NCBI GenBank assembly: GCA_045805065.1
Contig: JBJMMA010000115.1
Location: 1-49,986 of the forward strand
Length of the DNA: 49,986 nt
Origin: Bdellovibrionia bacterium
GTDB lineage: Bacteria; Bdellovibrionota; UBA1018
Direction: 5' to 3'
The notes under the pieces are model-generated. The model was not told the origin of the DNA. It ran no database searches and worked only from the letters and a program-made list of their open reading frames with translations. Shown here in pieces: positions 19,047 through 29,372 of this stretch (position 1 is the stretch's first letter; the number at the start of each line of letters is the position of its first letter). The position numbers and the translations under genes were made by a program.

Positions 19047-20756
19047 TTAGGGTTGGGCTAATTCATGGAATTCGTTCGCGGTATTAGAGACTCTGAGCGA
19101 GCGACGCGCCATTTCCCGCTCGTAGGCCAAGCGGACGTGATGAACGAAAAGCAGACCTTCCACCTGCCCGTCTGCCGTAAGAACCGGAACACATGGAATA
19201 TCTTGAAACATTCCCTGAGCGTTTGAGAGTGCATCGTCGGCGTGAAGCGTGCGGGTTTTAAAACCTGAGCTATATAGGAGATCTTTCACTTCAAAAAGTC
19301 TTGAGACCTCAGGAGTTGAAATGGTTTCTAAAATTCTCTCCTGGACCATATCCACGGTCACAAGACCCGTATAAACCCCGTCTGCCCGGACAACCGGCAA
19401 GAAAGGATATTTCGAAGCAAGCAGGCGCGCTGGAACCTCATTGACGGGCTCCTGCTCATGAATCGTTTCGAAATCCGTAACCATGGCTTCGCGCACTGTG
19501 AGTTGTTGAAGGATTCTGAGCGATCTTCCTTCAACAATCTGCAGGCCCTTGGTTTTGAGATTGCGACTTGTGAGCGAGACGCCAAGCTTTCGTGCTACTT
19601 TTTGAGCAATCAGACTCGTGCCTAAAGCTAGAAGCGCGGCCTGAATATCGCCTGTGAGTTCAAAGATGAGAACGCCACTGGCAATCGGAAGATCAAGAAT
19701 CGCCCCCCAGAATGCTGCGCCCCCAGCGAGTGCCAAAAGCGGTGCATAACCCGCAGTACTTGGAATCCAATTGCTGATGGCGGGCTCGATTGTAAGCTGA
19801 TGAAGCGCAAAACCAAAATATCCGCCGAGCGCAAAAACTGGCCAGAAAACCCCAACGGTTCCAAAGCCGATCAGAACCAGAGTCAGCGAGAGCGCCGAGG
19901 CGACAAAAAGAATTCCTGCCTGATCCGAGAAAATATTGCCCAGGAAAAGATCCTGAAGGGCGGTCTGAACAGGAAGGCTGCTGATGGGGATGATAAGCCC
20001 CAGCAGGAACAAAAAGATCCCCGCAGCCAGGATGCGAACACTGATCAAGCGAGGCGAGAGATGCGTAATTGCCTTCTTGCTATAATCCGTGAACGTCAGC
20101 CAAAGAGCGGATAGCAGGCCCGCAGTCACGCCGACTGCCAGCAAGGCTCCCCAAAGGCGCAGTGCCGAATAATCGACGCCATCCAATAGTCCGCTCAGAT
20201 CTAATGATCTGAGATGGAGTGCGTTCTTACCCGCTTTGACTGCAATGGTTGCAGAGAGCGAGCAAATAACCGTGGATAGAAGGCGTCCTCCAAGACCCAG
20301 CTCAACTGGAACAAGAACCGCCGCAAATGGGGCATTGAAGGCAGCGGCGATGGCCGCGGTCAATACGCAGGCGGATTCAGTCCGGCGACGCTGCTCAAAC
20401 CATCGCACGGAGCGGGATCGAAAGCTGATATCTGCCGCATAATTCCACTCTGCAGCAGGCCCCTCCGGGCCTACGATCCCTTTGATCCAGGTCAAGCACC
20501 AGGAGAGCATCCCGGCCCAGGCCCAACGCGCAGGCGTTTCTGGAACGGACGGTGAATGAATCGGAACAATCATATCGGCCACGCCATCATAATTGCGATG
20601 ATTGCGCGCCCGATCGATGAGCACCCATTGGAGTAATGCCGCTAAAACAGTGAGTGCCAGCGCATAGACAGGTTGCCAATGGCGCTCCTGCAGATACAAG
20701 ACACTACAAACAATCGCAGCTGCTGAAACTCCGTTGAGCACCAAGCCCAACATCAT
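19047..20756 (-). CDS. ClC chloride-channel-family protein with CBS pair (divergent)
   Basis: Motifs VGPEGP, AAAFNAPFAA, GVFWP and LIFELTGD, with C-terminal CBS domains (TVREAM...LPVV). ATGA overlap with glmS. Confidence 0.85.
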   Translation of the reverse strand: MMLGLVLNGVSAAAIVCSVLYLQERHWQPVYALALTVLAALLQWVLIDRARNHRNYDGVADMIVPIHSPSVPETPARWAWAGMLSWCLTWIKGIVGPEGPAAEWNYAADISFRSRSVRWFEQRRRTESACVLTAAIAAAFNAPFAAVLVPVELGLGGRLLSTVICSLSATIAVKAGKNALHLRSLDLSGLLDGVDYSALRLWGALLAVGVTAGLLSALWLTFTDYSKKAITHLSPRLISVRILAAGIFLFLLGLIIPISSLPVQTALQDLFLGNIFSDQAGILFVASALSLTLVLIGFGTVGVFWPVFALGGYFGFALHQLTIEPAISNWIPSTAGYAPLLALAGGAAFWGAILDLPIASGVLIFELTGDIQAALLALGTSLIAQKVARKLGVSLTSRNLKTKGLQIVEGRSLRILQQLTVREAMVTDFETIHEQEPVNEVPARLLASKYPFLPVVRADGVYTGLVTVDMVQERILETISTPEVSRLFEVKDLLYSSGFKTRTLHADDALSNAQGMFQDIPCVPVLTADGQVEGLLFVHHVRLAYEREMARRSLRVSNTANEFHELAQP

Positions 20757-22639
20757 TCCACCGTCACACTTTTCGCAAGATTGCGAGGCTTGTCCACATC
20801 GGTTCCCTTGAGAAGCGCAAGCTCGTAACTCAGGAGTTGCACCGCTGGCGTGAGAAGGAATGGAAGCAGGCTTTCGTCCACTTCGCGGCTTCCCTTAGGC
20901 AGCGGGACCCAGTAATCACACAGTCCTTCAAGCTGGGAATCGCCTCCATCGCCAACACCTACGATCACGGCACCGCGTGCTTTGACTTCTTCCAGATTGG
21001 AGACCGTCTTGTCGCGCCACGTATCCTTTGGAGCAAGAACAATGACAGCCATCTGATCATCGATCATCGCGATTGGGCCATGCTTGAGCTCACCGCCCGC
21101 GTATCCTTCGGCATGAACGTTTGCGATTTCCTTAAGCTTCAATGCGCCCTCAAGCGCGATCGGGTACGAATATCCGCGGCCGATGAAGAAAAAGCCCTTC
21201 AAACGAGCCAGCTCTGGCGATGCCTTTTTTACCGCAGCAATGAGAGGACTTCCCTCTTCCAGCTCATCGGACAAAAGATGAGGAAGGCGAATCAGATCAT
21301 TGAAAAGCGCCGTGGCGTCCTTCAAGTTCTTTGCGTCCACGGCACCGTAACCCGGCTTACCGCGATAAAGATTGAGATATCCCGCAAGAAGAAGAAGCAT
21401 GAGCATCTGCGTGGTGAATGTCTTGGTTGCAGCCACGCCGATCTCAGGACCTGCCGAAGTATAAAGGACAGCATCCGTTTCACGGGACATCGTGCTTCCA
21501 CGCACGTTGGTAATCCCGACCGTCTTGTTGCCCATGGCTTTAACCTGGCGAACAACGGCAAGAGTGTCGGCAGTCTCACCCGATTGAGACATCGCAATCA
21601 GAAGATTGTTTTTGCCAAGAACTGGGTGGCGATAACGGAACTCGCTGGCAAGCTCAACGTTGACCGGGATTCTTGCCCAGCGCTCAAACCAGTATTTTCC
21701 AACCAGAGCGGCGTACCAGGATGTTCCGCAGGCAACGATGGTGATCTCTTCCGCATTTTCAAGAAACTTCACAGCAGGATGCTCAGCAATCGGAAATGGA
21801 TCCGTGCTGACGCGATCCAGGATTCCGTTGAGCGTATCCACAAGCGCGGCTGGCTGCTCATGGATTTCCTTCAACATATAATGAGGGAAGCCGCGCTTAT
21901 CGAGCTTCTCCACTGACCAATCCAGGCGAGTCGTATGACGCTCCACTGGCTTTCCGGTCTTAAGATCCAGAAAAGTGATGCCCTTATCGGTCCCAACGAC
22001 CATGTCGCCATGCTCAAGGAAATAAACATCGCGCGAAATCTCAAGAAGCGGCTGCGCATCGCTTGCGACGACCGCTCCACCTTGAGGATCAATGGTCGCA
22101 ACCAGCGGGGATCCGTTTCTGACGCCGATCACAAGACCTGGCTCTTTTTCGGACATGACGACTACGCTGCACTGGCCTTCCAGCTGCGTGAAGCTTTTTC
22201 TCACCGCTTCAATGAGCGATACGCCTTTTTCCATTTCCTCAAGAACGAGAAAGCCAAAGAGCTCGCTGTCGGTTTCCGATTGAGGAGTGTGACCGCCTGC
22301 GATCACCTGCTTTTTGATATCGAGGTAATTTTCGATGATTCCGTTATGGACGAGCACGACATGCCCGGTGCGATGCGGATGCGCGTTCTGAGTCGTGGGC
22401 TTTCCATGCGTTGCCCAACGCGTATGTCCGATGCCTGAGGTGGCACCTTGTGCGACGCTATCGCCCAGAAGCTTTTCGACGTTTTCGATCTTGCCCTGCG
22501 ATTTGCGGATCTCGATCTTGCCATCATGGAAAAAGGCAACGCCCGCGGAATCATAGCCGCGATACTCCAGGCGCTTCAGGCCCCGCATCAAAATATCGAC
22601 TGCCGGTCTTTTTCCAACGTATCCAACAATACCGCACAT
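20753..22639 (-). CDS. glmS: Glutamine-fructose-6-phosphate aminotransferase
   Basis: Motifs MCGIVGY, LEYRGYDSAG, GHTRWATHG, SQSGETADT and PRNLAKSVTVE. Confidence 0.98.
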   Translation of the reverse strand: MCGIVGYVGKRPAVDILMRGLKRLEYRGYDSAGVAFFHDGKIEIRKSQGKIENVEKLLGDSVAQGATSGIGHTRWATHGKPTTQNAHPHRTGHVVLVHNGIIENYLDIKKQVIAGGHTPQSETDSELFGFLVLEEMEKGVSLIEAVRKSFTQLEGQCSVVVMSEKEPGLVIGVRNGSPLVATIDPQGGAVVASDAQPLLEISRDVYFLEHGDMVVGTDKGITFLDLKTGKPVERHTTRLDWSVEKLDKRGFPHYMLKEIHEQPAALVDTLNGILDRVSTDPFPIAEHPAVKFLENAEEITIVACGTSWYAALVGKYWFERWARIPVNVELASEFRYRHPVLGKNNLLIAMSQSGETADTLAVVRQVKAMGNKTVGITNVRGSTMSRETDAVLYTSAGPEIGVAATKTFTTQMLMLLLLAGYLNLYRGKPGYGAVDAKNLKDATALFNDLIRLPHLLSDELEEGSPLIAAVKKASPELARLKGFFFIGRGYSYPIALEGALKLKEIANVHAEGYAGGELKHGPIAMIDDQMAVIVLAPKDTWRDKTVSNLEEVKARGAVIVGVGDGGDSQLEGLCDYWVPLPKGSREVDESLLPFLLTPAVQLLSYELALLKGTDVDKPRNLAKSVTVE

Positions 22640-22643
22640 ACTC

Positions 22644-24134
22644 TTACTTCTCCTGCTGCTGCTTTGCCTTGAGCTTGGCTGCGTAACCTGGTTTTGTCAC
22701 CTGGCGCGTTCTCGCGATCGCAAGCGCTCCAGGCTCAACATCTTCATGAATCGTGGAGCCGGAAGCGACATAGCTTCCCTTCCCGATCCGCACAGGAGCA
22801 ATTGCTTGGCAATCGCTTCCCATGAAAACTTCGTCCTCAATAATGGTTTTGTGTTTGCGCGACCCGTTGATAACCCGGCCGTCGAAGTTGCAAGTGACGA
22901 ACCCGCAACCAATGTTCACATGGCGCCCCACTTCGGCATCTCCAAGATAGGAAAGATGCGCAACGCTTGTGTGTTCGCCCACGGATGCTTTCTTGAGCTC
23001 AACGAAATTTCCAATCTTCGCGTCAGAGCCTACTCGGCTTTCCGGACGAAGATGAGCATAAGGGCCGAGGTTCACCCGGTTCTCAATAATCGAGTCCTCA
23101 GCGACTGAGCCCGTCTTGATATTGCACTCTTCGCCCACCGTCATGTTCTTCAGAACGACTTGAGCGCCGATCTTTGTGCCGCGACCAATCTTGGTCTTCC
23201 CACTGAGAACCGCTCCAGGCTGGACCACGATACCTTCCGCAAGCTCAACTTGCACATCGACATGGGTTGACCATGGGTCAATGAATCTTACGCCCTGCTT
23301 TGCCCAGTTCTTCACGCAGCGCTCATTGAGGATGCGCTCGGCTTGCGCAAGCTCCCAGAGATCGTTCACGCCGCGGAGATCTTCAGGCTGGGACCAAAGA
23401 AGAACATCGATCTTCTTCTTTGCTGTCTTTGGGGCACCCGATGCCTGTGAGATCAGGTCCGTGAGGTAGAACTCGCCTTGCGCGTTCTTATTGGAGAGGC
23501 GTCCCAATCCCGTTTTCAGAAAACCCGACTGAAAGCAGTAAATGGAAGCTGCTACTTCGCGGATCGCCTTCTCCTTAAGAGAGGCGTCTTTTTCTTCAAC
23601 GATCCTTTGAACCGGCCCGCCTTTTCCACGACGAACGATCCGGCCATAGCCGGTCGGGTCAGGAAGCTCGCAGGTCAGTAACCTTAAAGCATCGCCACGC
23701 CCCAGAGGCGCAAGCATTTGCTCGATGAGTGACTTGGGAAGAAGCGGAAGATCGCCTGGCAACACCAGAACTGGCGCTTTGCTGCCCAGGATCTTGTCGC
23801 CCCAAGGCGTATCCATGGCAGAGCGGGCGGCATCACCCGTACCTTTTTGCTCCTTTTGAACCGCGAAGGAAATGTCCATCTGAGAGAAAGCCGCTTCGGA
23901 GCGAACCGCTGCCTCAACTTGTTCTTTTCCATGTCCCACAACGATAGCGACCGGCGCTTTTGGAGCAGCCTCGCGAACGCGATCCAGAATGTGAAAAAGA
24001 AGTGGCTGTCCGCTGATCGAATGCAGAACTTTGGGAAGCGAGGATTTCATCCTTTTTCCCTGTCCTGCAGCCAAGATGATGATTCCCGCACTGGCTTTGG
24101 CGCCCGGTTCAGCAGAGTGTCTCTTTTTTGACAT
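22644..24134 (-). CDS. glmU: Bifunctional UDP-GlcNAc pyrophosphorylase/acetyltransferase
   Basis: Motifs ILAAGQGKRMKS, GYGRIVR, EFYLTD, GPYAHLRP, GNFVELK and HLSYLGDA. Confidence 0.97.
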   Translation of the reverse strand: MSKKRHSAEPGAKASAGIIILAAGQGKRMKSSLPKVLHSISGQPLLFHILDRVREAAPKAPVAIVVGHGKEQVEAAVRSEAAFSQMDISFAVQKEQKGTGDAARSAMDTPWGDKILGSKAPVLVLPGDLPLLPKSLIEQMLAPLGRGDALRLLTCELPDPTGYGRIVRRGKGGPVQRIVEEKDASLKEKAIREVAASIYCFQSGFLKTGLGRLSNKNAQGEFYLTDLISQASGAPKTAKKKIDVLLWSQPEDLRGVNDLWELAQAERILNERCVKNWAKQGVRFIDPWSTHVDVQVELAEGIVVQPGAVLSGKTKIGRGTKIGAQVVLKNMTVGEECNIKTGSVAEDSIIENRVNLGPYAHLRPESRVGSDAKIGNFVELKKASVGEHTSVAHLSYLGDAEVGRHVNIGCGFVTCNFDGRVINGSRKHKTIIEDEVFMGSDCQAIAPVRIGKGSYVASGSTIHEDVEPGALAIARTRQVTKPGYAAKLKAKQQQEK

Positions 24135-24454
24135 GATCTAAATGATGTACCGGTAATTAGAAAAAACCTCAACAAGCGCGAGTCGGGATTTCGCGCAATC
24201 TTTCGCAAAGAGCGTGGGAAATTTCACACACTTTGAGACTTTCAAGTCCATTTCTTCAATCATGCGAGTATTAGGAAACCGTCAAGAAAATGTCTGCATT
24301 GAGATTTTTGATTGATCTTCCTTATAAGTCCTTATAAAACCTTTTGGCAACGCAACGGAATGCGCTAAAATGTGAAACCATCCAAAGGCCGGGGGGGTTT
24401 TTGGAAATGGGTTTTAAAAGTAAGTCAGTATGAATTACGGGGGGAGATAGTCTC

Positions 24455-24817
24455 ATGGATGCGAAGACTCAGATGAAGTACAAGAAGTTGCTTCTCGAGG
24501 AAAAACAGCGAATTCTCAATAACTCAAAGAATGCGCTGAAAAACGAGCTGGCCTTGTCACCGGATGATCTGCCGGATGAAACCGACCTCGCCGCCAGCGA
24601 AATCAACCAAAACCTAGTTTTCAAGCTTCGCGATCGCGAACGCCAGCTTCTCACCAAAATTGATGAAGCTCTGGCTCGCATCGATGACGGCACGTTCGGC
24701 ACCTGCGTGGATTGCGAAGAGCCGATCGAAGTTCGCCGCCTTGAAGCACGCCCTGTCTCTGACTTGTGCATCGCTTGTAAAGAGCGCCAAGAGCATAAAG
24801 AAAAAATCTACGCTTAA
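24455..24817 (+). CDS. dksA: DksA/TraR C4 zinc-finger protein
   Basis: DETD coiled-coil tip, RDRERQLL, CVDC...RLEARP...CIACK. GGGGGAG RBS. Confidence 0.93.
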   Translation: MDAKTQMKYKKLLLEEKQRILNNSKNALKNELALSPDDLPDETDLAASEINQNLVFKLRDRERQLLTKIDEALARIDDGTFGTCVDCEEPIEVRRLEARPVSDLCIACKERQEHKEKIYA

Positions 24818-24860
24818 TTGCCTGATTTTTTCGACATAAAGCGTTTAAAAGATGTGAAAG

Positions 24861-24906
24861 AAAGGCTCCGGTGAAGGCATAAGTGCCACCCGGGGCCTTT
24901 TTTATT
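24861..24906 (+). terminator. Rho-independent terminator after dksA
   Basis: AAAGGCTCCGGTG...CACCCGGGGCCTTT hairpin followed by TTTATT. Confidence 0.75.
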
Positions 24907-24945
24907 CAAGACGCACGGCCTGGCGTTTGCACTGACGCAGGCATT

Positions 24946-25464
24946 ATGATCAAACAAACCATTGGAAGACTCAAAACCGCGACCAAGAAAATTACGGGCT
25001 CCCAGTATGACATGCTGGATATGCTCCGCTCCGACCATATGAAGGTCGAATCGATGCTGATTCAACTGAGAATCGCTCGTGACGCGGACCATCGCACCCG
25101 TCTTTTGAAAACCATCCGCCAGGACCTGGAAAAGCACATGCGCATTGAAGAGACGATCTTCTACCCAGCTTGTGAAAAGGTTCAGAAGATTCATGACCTC
25201 GTTGAGCATTCTTACGATGAGCATCAAAAGGCCAAGAACATGCTGAAGGACCTTCAGGCAATGGATCCATCGAACTCTCGTTTTTCCCAGATGGTGACCA
25301 AATTGATCACTGAAATCGAACATCACGTGATCAATGAGGAAGAAGAAATCTTTCCTGCAGTGCGTAAATACATGGAGCAGCGCGAATTCAATCGCTTGAA
25401 CCGCGACGTCATCGACGCTTTCTCCACCACTACCGGAAAAGCCAAAACCAGGAAAGCCGCATAA
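24946..25464 (+). CDS. Hemerythrin/HHE cation-binding domain protein
   Basis: Motifs LRSDH, HMRIEETIFYP, DEHQKAK and HHVINEEEEIFP. Confidence 0.9.
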   Translation: MIKQTIGRLKTATKKITGSQYDMLDMLRSDHMKVESMLIQLRIARDADHRTRLLKTIRQDLEKHMRIEETIFYPACEKVQKIHDLVEHSYDEHQKAKNMLKDLQAMDPSNSRFSQMVTKLITEIEHHVINEEEEIFPAVRKYMEQREFNRLNRDVIDAFSTTTGKAKTRKAA

Positions 25465-25498
25465 ACTGGTCCCTCAAAGTGTGGAATTTGAACAAATT

Positions 25499-25530
25499 AA
25501 AAGGGCATTGCTGCAATGCAATGCCCTTTT
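25499..25530. terminator. Bidirectional intrinsic terminator
   Basis: AAAAGGGCATTGC-tgcaat-GCAATGCCCTTTT between convergent genes. Confidence 0.85.
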
Positions 25531-25576
25531 TCTTTTGCTCAAAAGCTCAGGTTCCTACTTCCGAGTCATCTCCGGC

Positions 25577-26518
25577 TCAAACTTGGGTCAACACGCTGTT
25601 ATGATACTGAACGTAAAGAGCAATGTGTGCTTCTAGGCGGTCAATCCGCTTGGTCGTGCACCACGTCTTTCGAACAAGCCTGTTGATGTTGGCTCTGAGC
25701 ATCGCTGCAGTATGATTGAACGAGAACAGCGGATCAAAGCCCCCGCTTTTTAATTCCCCCTGCCCCACAACGCATCCCCTACGTCCTTTCACAGCGATAT
25801 GAGTGGATCGCGGAAAATGAGGGTCTAACCAAAGCGGATATTTTGGATTTTGATCACTCGTGACCGTAGCACCAGGGCGAATCAATGGCGCAATCTCGGC
25901 AAAGAGAGCGGCCGCAGCCTCAGGTCTTTCATCTTTACGAAAACCGTATTTTTTGCGGGAAATTTCTGCCAAAGGGCCCTTTGCCGGCATCACAGCAACG
26001 CGAAATCCTAAAATTTTTCGAGTATGCGCCTCGACCACCATCGGGATACTCAAAGGCAAGCATTTCGAGCGCTCAAACGTTTCCATTTCATCAAATTGAA
26101 AATGATCGACAAGCTCCCCTTTTCTCAGACGCTCCGAAAGATACTTCCAATGCTCAAGCTGAGCTTGAGACTTCAAGAATACCAACTTTCGAGCCACCGT
26201 CTTTCGGTTCACTCCTAAGAGCTTGGCCATTCTTCTTTGGCTCACGCACGAGCTGTAAAGCCTTCGAACCTCAGAATTGATAGTCCGTTTCTTCTGTCGA
26301 AAACAGGACGACAGGCTCGCTGATGAAAATGATTTCCGACAATCCAGGCAGTAGAACCTTGGGATTCGCTTACAGTCTGAACGCCTACGGTAGTAGCCTT
26401 TTCGGACAAGAGGATGAGAATTCCGACTTAGGACAGGCCCAGGGCAATCAGCATCCTTGTCTTCAGAGGCTTTAAAGGGGCACCGGAATGCTATAGGCCG
26501 AGCAAACTTCTTACGCAT
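25577..26518 (-). mobile_element. IS1-like single-ORF transposase (Zn ribbon, HTH and DDE-type core); element ends not defined
   Basis: Motifs FYCLDCRKSF, SQRRMAKLLGVNRKTVARKL (HTH), FQFDEMET, TSDQNPKY and MLRANINRLVRKTWCTTK. Start is 26518 or 26548. Confidence 0.75.
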
Positions 26519-26766
26519 GGCTCCACAACTGCGCAAATCATGAGCCATGTCAGAGAATTGACGAGGAAACCACAATACAGCTCCCCAGGCATAGGGGCCA
26601 GTTTGGAGGGTGTCAATTTACGCGACACAGTAAAGCCTTCTACGTACTTATTCTCATTACGAAAACAAAATCCTAAAGAGCACCCGCCACCGCACCGATT
26701 GATTACACAGAAGCAATTCAACAAAGCCGGTACCAAAGAGGGTATGCGGCAAACGGAGGCGCGGGA

Positions 26767-29256
26767 ATGATTACCAACTATGATGGCGAACAAGTGGAGA
26801 TCCCAGAAAATCTGCCGATGTTACCAGTGCGTGACATCGTTGTATTTCCGAACATGGTGATTCCATTGTTTGTCGGCCGTGACTCTTCGATCAAAGCAGT
26901 CGAAGAGAGCTTGGCAAGATCGGACAGGTTGATTCTCCTGTCCTCTCAAAAAGACATCAGCGATGAACACCCAGCTCCCGAAGGGATTTACAAAACCGGC
27001 ACGGTCGCCATGATCATCCGGATGCGTAAGCTCCCGGATGGACGTATCAAGATTCTGATCCATGGTCTTTGCAAGGCAAAGATCGATGAGTTCACCCAAG
27101 TGCAACCTTACTTCGAATGTAAGATCGATCGCCTTGCTGACGCAGGTCCATCGATTGACTCCGAAGGCGAAGCACTCATGCGTACGGTTCGCGAACAGTT
27201 CGAGCGTATCGTCGCTTTGGGCAAGCTCCCCTCGAACGATGTCATGTCGGTCATCGACATGGTCATCGACGAGTACAAGGATCCAGGTAGATTGGCAGAC
27301 CTTGTGGCCGCAAATCTGGGCCTCAAAGTCAGCGACGCTCAAGGCCTTCTCGAAGTCCTCGAGCCAGTTGAGCGCCTACGCCGCGTCAACGAGATCCTGA
27401 CCAAGGAAATCGAAGTCCTCACCTTGCAAGCGAAGATCCGCTCGCAAGCCAAGGATGAGATGACCAAGTCGCAGAAAGAGTACTACCTCCGCGAACAAAT
27501 TCGCGCGATCAAGAACGAACTCGGCGACACGGATCAAAAGGGCGAGGAAATGCAGGAGCTCAAGGACCGCGTCGCGGCCTGCAAGATGCCTCCTGAAGTC
27601 GAACAAGAAGCTCTCAAGCAACTCGGCCGCCTCGAGCGCATGCATCCAGATGCGTCTGAAGCCTCGATGCTCAGAACTTACGTCGACTGGTTGATCGAAA
27701 CTCCATGGACCAAGCACACGGTTGATAACCTTGACCTTGCGCGCGCAAAAGCGATCCTGGACGAAGATCACTATAACCTCTCCAAGATCAAAGATCGTGT
27801 CATCGAGTACTTGGCTGTTCGCAAGCTCAAGGACAAGATGAAAGGTCCAATCCTCTGCTTCTCCGGCCCTCCAGGCGTTGGTAAGACGAGTCTTGGTCGC
27901 TCGATCGCACGCTCCCTCGGACGCGAATTCGTTCGCATCTCCCTCGGCGGCGTGAAGGACGAAGCTGAAATCCGCGGACACCGCCGTACATATGTCGGCG
28001 CGCTCCCAGGACGCATCGTTCAAGGTCTGAAGCAGGCTGGCACGAATAACCCCGTGTTCATCCTCGACGAGATCGATAAGCTTGGCAGTGACTTCCGTGG
28101 CGATCCATCGGCAGCGCTCCTTGAAGTTCTCGATCCAGAACAAAACAACTCGTTCCGCGATCACTACCTGAACGTCCCATTCGATCTTTCGAACGTGATG
28201 TTCATCGCGACCTGCAACGTGCTTGAGAACATTCCATCCGCTCTTCGCGATCGTATGGAAGTAATTAACCTCTCAGGCTACACGGAAGAAGAGAAGTTCT
28301 TCATCTCGAAGCGCTATCTGATTCCAAAGCAGATCGGAGAGAACGGAATCAAGGACACGAATATCGAGTTCACTGAAGAAGGTGTGAGAGCAGTCATCTC
28401 CAACTACACTCGTGAATCAGGTCTTCGTAACCTCGAGCGCCACATCGCAACGGTTTGCCGCAAAACGGCTCGCATGGTGGCTGAAGGCAAGAAGGAAAAG
28501 ACGACGATCACTCCTGATCAGGTCGCCAAGTTCCTCGGCCCAGCAGTCTACATGCGCGAAGAGGAGCAAGATACGGATCACGTTGGTGTTGCAACGGGTC
28601 TGGCTTGGACCTCCGTCGGCGGCGAAATCCTCTACGTCGAAACCACGACGATGAAGGGCAAAGGCGGCATCACCCTCACCGGCCAGCTCGGCGACGTGAT
28701 GAAAGAATCCGCACAAGCTGCGATGGGTCTGATTCGCTCTCGTGCAAAGGACTTCGGTATCAACGAAGATATCTTCGAGAAGATCGATCTCCACGTGCAC
28801 TTCCCTCAAGGCGGCATCCCAAAAGATGGCCCGTCCGCAGGGATCACCATGGCCTCCGCAATCATCTCCACTCTCACTGGCGTCCCAGTGCGCAAAGATG
28901 TGGCGATGACTGGCGAGATCACGTTGACCGGAAGAGTCCTTCCGATCGGCGGCCTGAAAGAAAAGGCACTCGCAGCCATGAGACACGGGATCAAGACGAT
29001 CATTATCCCAGATAAGAACAAGAAGGATCTCGAGGATATCCCAGAAGAGTATCGTAATGCTCTGACCTTCATCCCAGTGAAGACCATCGACGAAGTTCTC
29101 GACGTGGTCTTGACTCAGAAAGTTGCTGGCAAGTCCGGTGCTCATGGCACCGGTACCTCTGGCAAGGACGGTAAGGACAGCAGCAAAGACGATAAGGGCT
29201 CCAAGGCGTCCCGCCGCCGTGGCCCGCATCAACCTGGGTACGACCGAGCTGCTTAA
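26767..29256 (+). CDS. lon: ATP-dependent protease La
   Basis: Motifs [42 protein letters not shown] (catalytic Ser) and PIGGLKEK. Confidence 0.98.
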   Translation: MITNYDGEQVEIPENLPMLPVRDIVVFPNMVIPLFVGRDSSIKAVEESLARSDRLILLSSQKDISDEHPAPEGIYKTGTVAMIIRMRKLPDGRIKILIHGLCKAKIDEFTQVQPYFECKIDRLADAGPSIDSEGEALMRTVREQFERIVALGKLPSNDVMSVIDMVIDEYKDPGRLADLVAANLGLKVSDAQGLLEVLEPVERLRRVNEILTKEIEVLTLQAKIRSQAKDEMTKSQKEYYLREQIRAIKNELGDTDQKGEEMQELKDRVAACKMPPEVEQEALKQLGRLERMHPDASEASMLRTYVDWLIETPWTKHTVDNLDLARAKAILDEDHYNLSKIKDRVIEYLAVRKLKDKMKGPILCFSGPPGVGKTSLGRSIARSLGREFVRISLGGVKDEAEIRGHRRTYVGALPGRIVQGLKQAGTNNPVFILDEIDKLGSDFRGDPSAALLEVLDPEQNNSFRDHYLNVPFDLSNVMFIATCNVLENIPSALRDRMEVINLSGYTEEEKFFISKRYLIPKQIGENGIKDTNIEFTEEGVRAVISNYTRESGLRNLERHIATVCRKTARMVAEGKKEKTTITPDQVAKFLGPAVYMREEEQDTDHVGVATGLAWTSVGGEILYVETTTMKGKGGITLTGQLGDVMKESAQAAMGLIRSRAKDFGINEDIFEKIDLHVHFPQGGIPKDGPSAGITMASAIISTLTGVPVRKDVAMTGEITLTGRVLPIGGLKEKALAAMRHGIKTIIIPDKNKKDLEDIPEEYRNALTFIPVKTIDEVLDVVLTQKVAGKSGAHGTGTSGKDGKDSSKDDKGSKASRRRGPHQPGYDRAA

Positions 29257-29284
29257 GTTGAATTGCTAAATTCCGCGCCAAAAA

Positions 29285-29319
29285 GAGAGCATCCAGTGGA
29301 AGATCCGCTGGGTGCTCTC
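29285..29319 (+). terminator. 16-bp RNA hairpin after lon (terminator or stabiliser)
   Basis: GAGAGCATCCAGTGGA-aga-TCCGCTGGGTGCTCTC with two G.U pairs that only form on the + strand. Weak U-tract. Confidence 0.6.
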
Positions 29320-29372
29320 ACCGTTTATGGAACTTTCCCAAACGCGGAAACTATGCCAAACTAAAAGAGAAA

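Noticed and set aside
22640..22643. glmS ribozyme
   Set aside because: glmU and glmS are separated by only 4 nt, leaving no space.
24916..24931. GG-N10-GC sigma54-like motif before the hemerythrin gene
   Set aside because: The -24 element (CGGCCT) deviates from consensus and would leave almost no leader. Too weak to call.
26556..26618. AATTGAC...GTCAATT inverted repeat considered as a transposon end
   Set aside because: Only 7 bp, both arms are on the same side of the transposase, and there is no counterpart at the other end. More likely -35-like elements.
26745..26766. GGCAAAC upstream of lon, resembling a c-di-GMP-I riboswitch core
   Set aside because: The following P2 stem and GCAAAG elements are missing, and the segment runs straight into the lon RBS.
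26491..26793. Short ORFs between the transposase and lon (26491..26793 -, 26540..26770 +)
   Set aside because: No recognisable motifs or RBS, and they overlap neighbouring gene starts and the probable promoter region.
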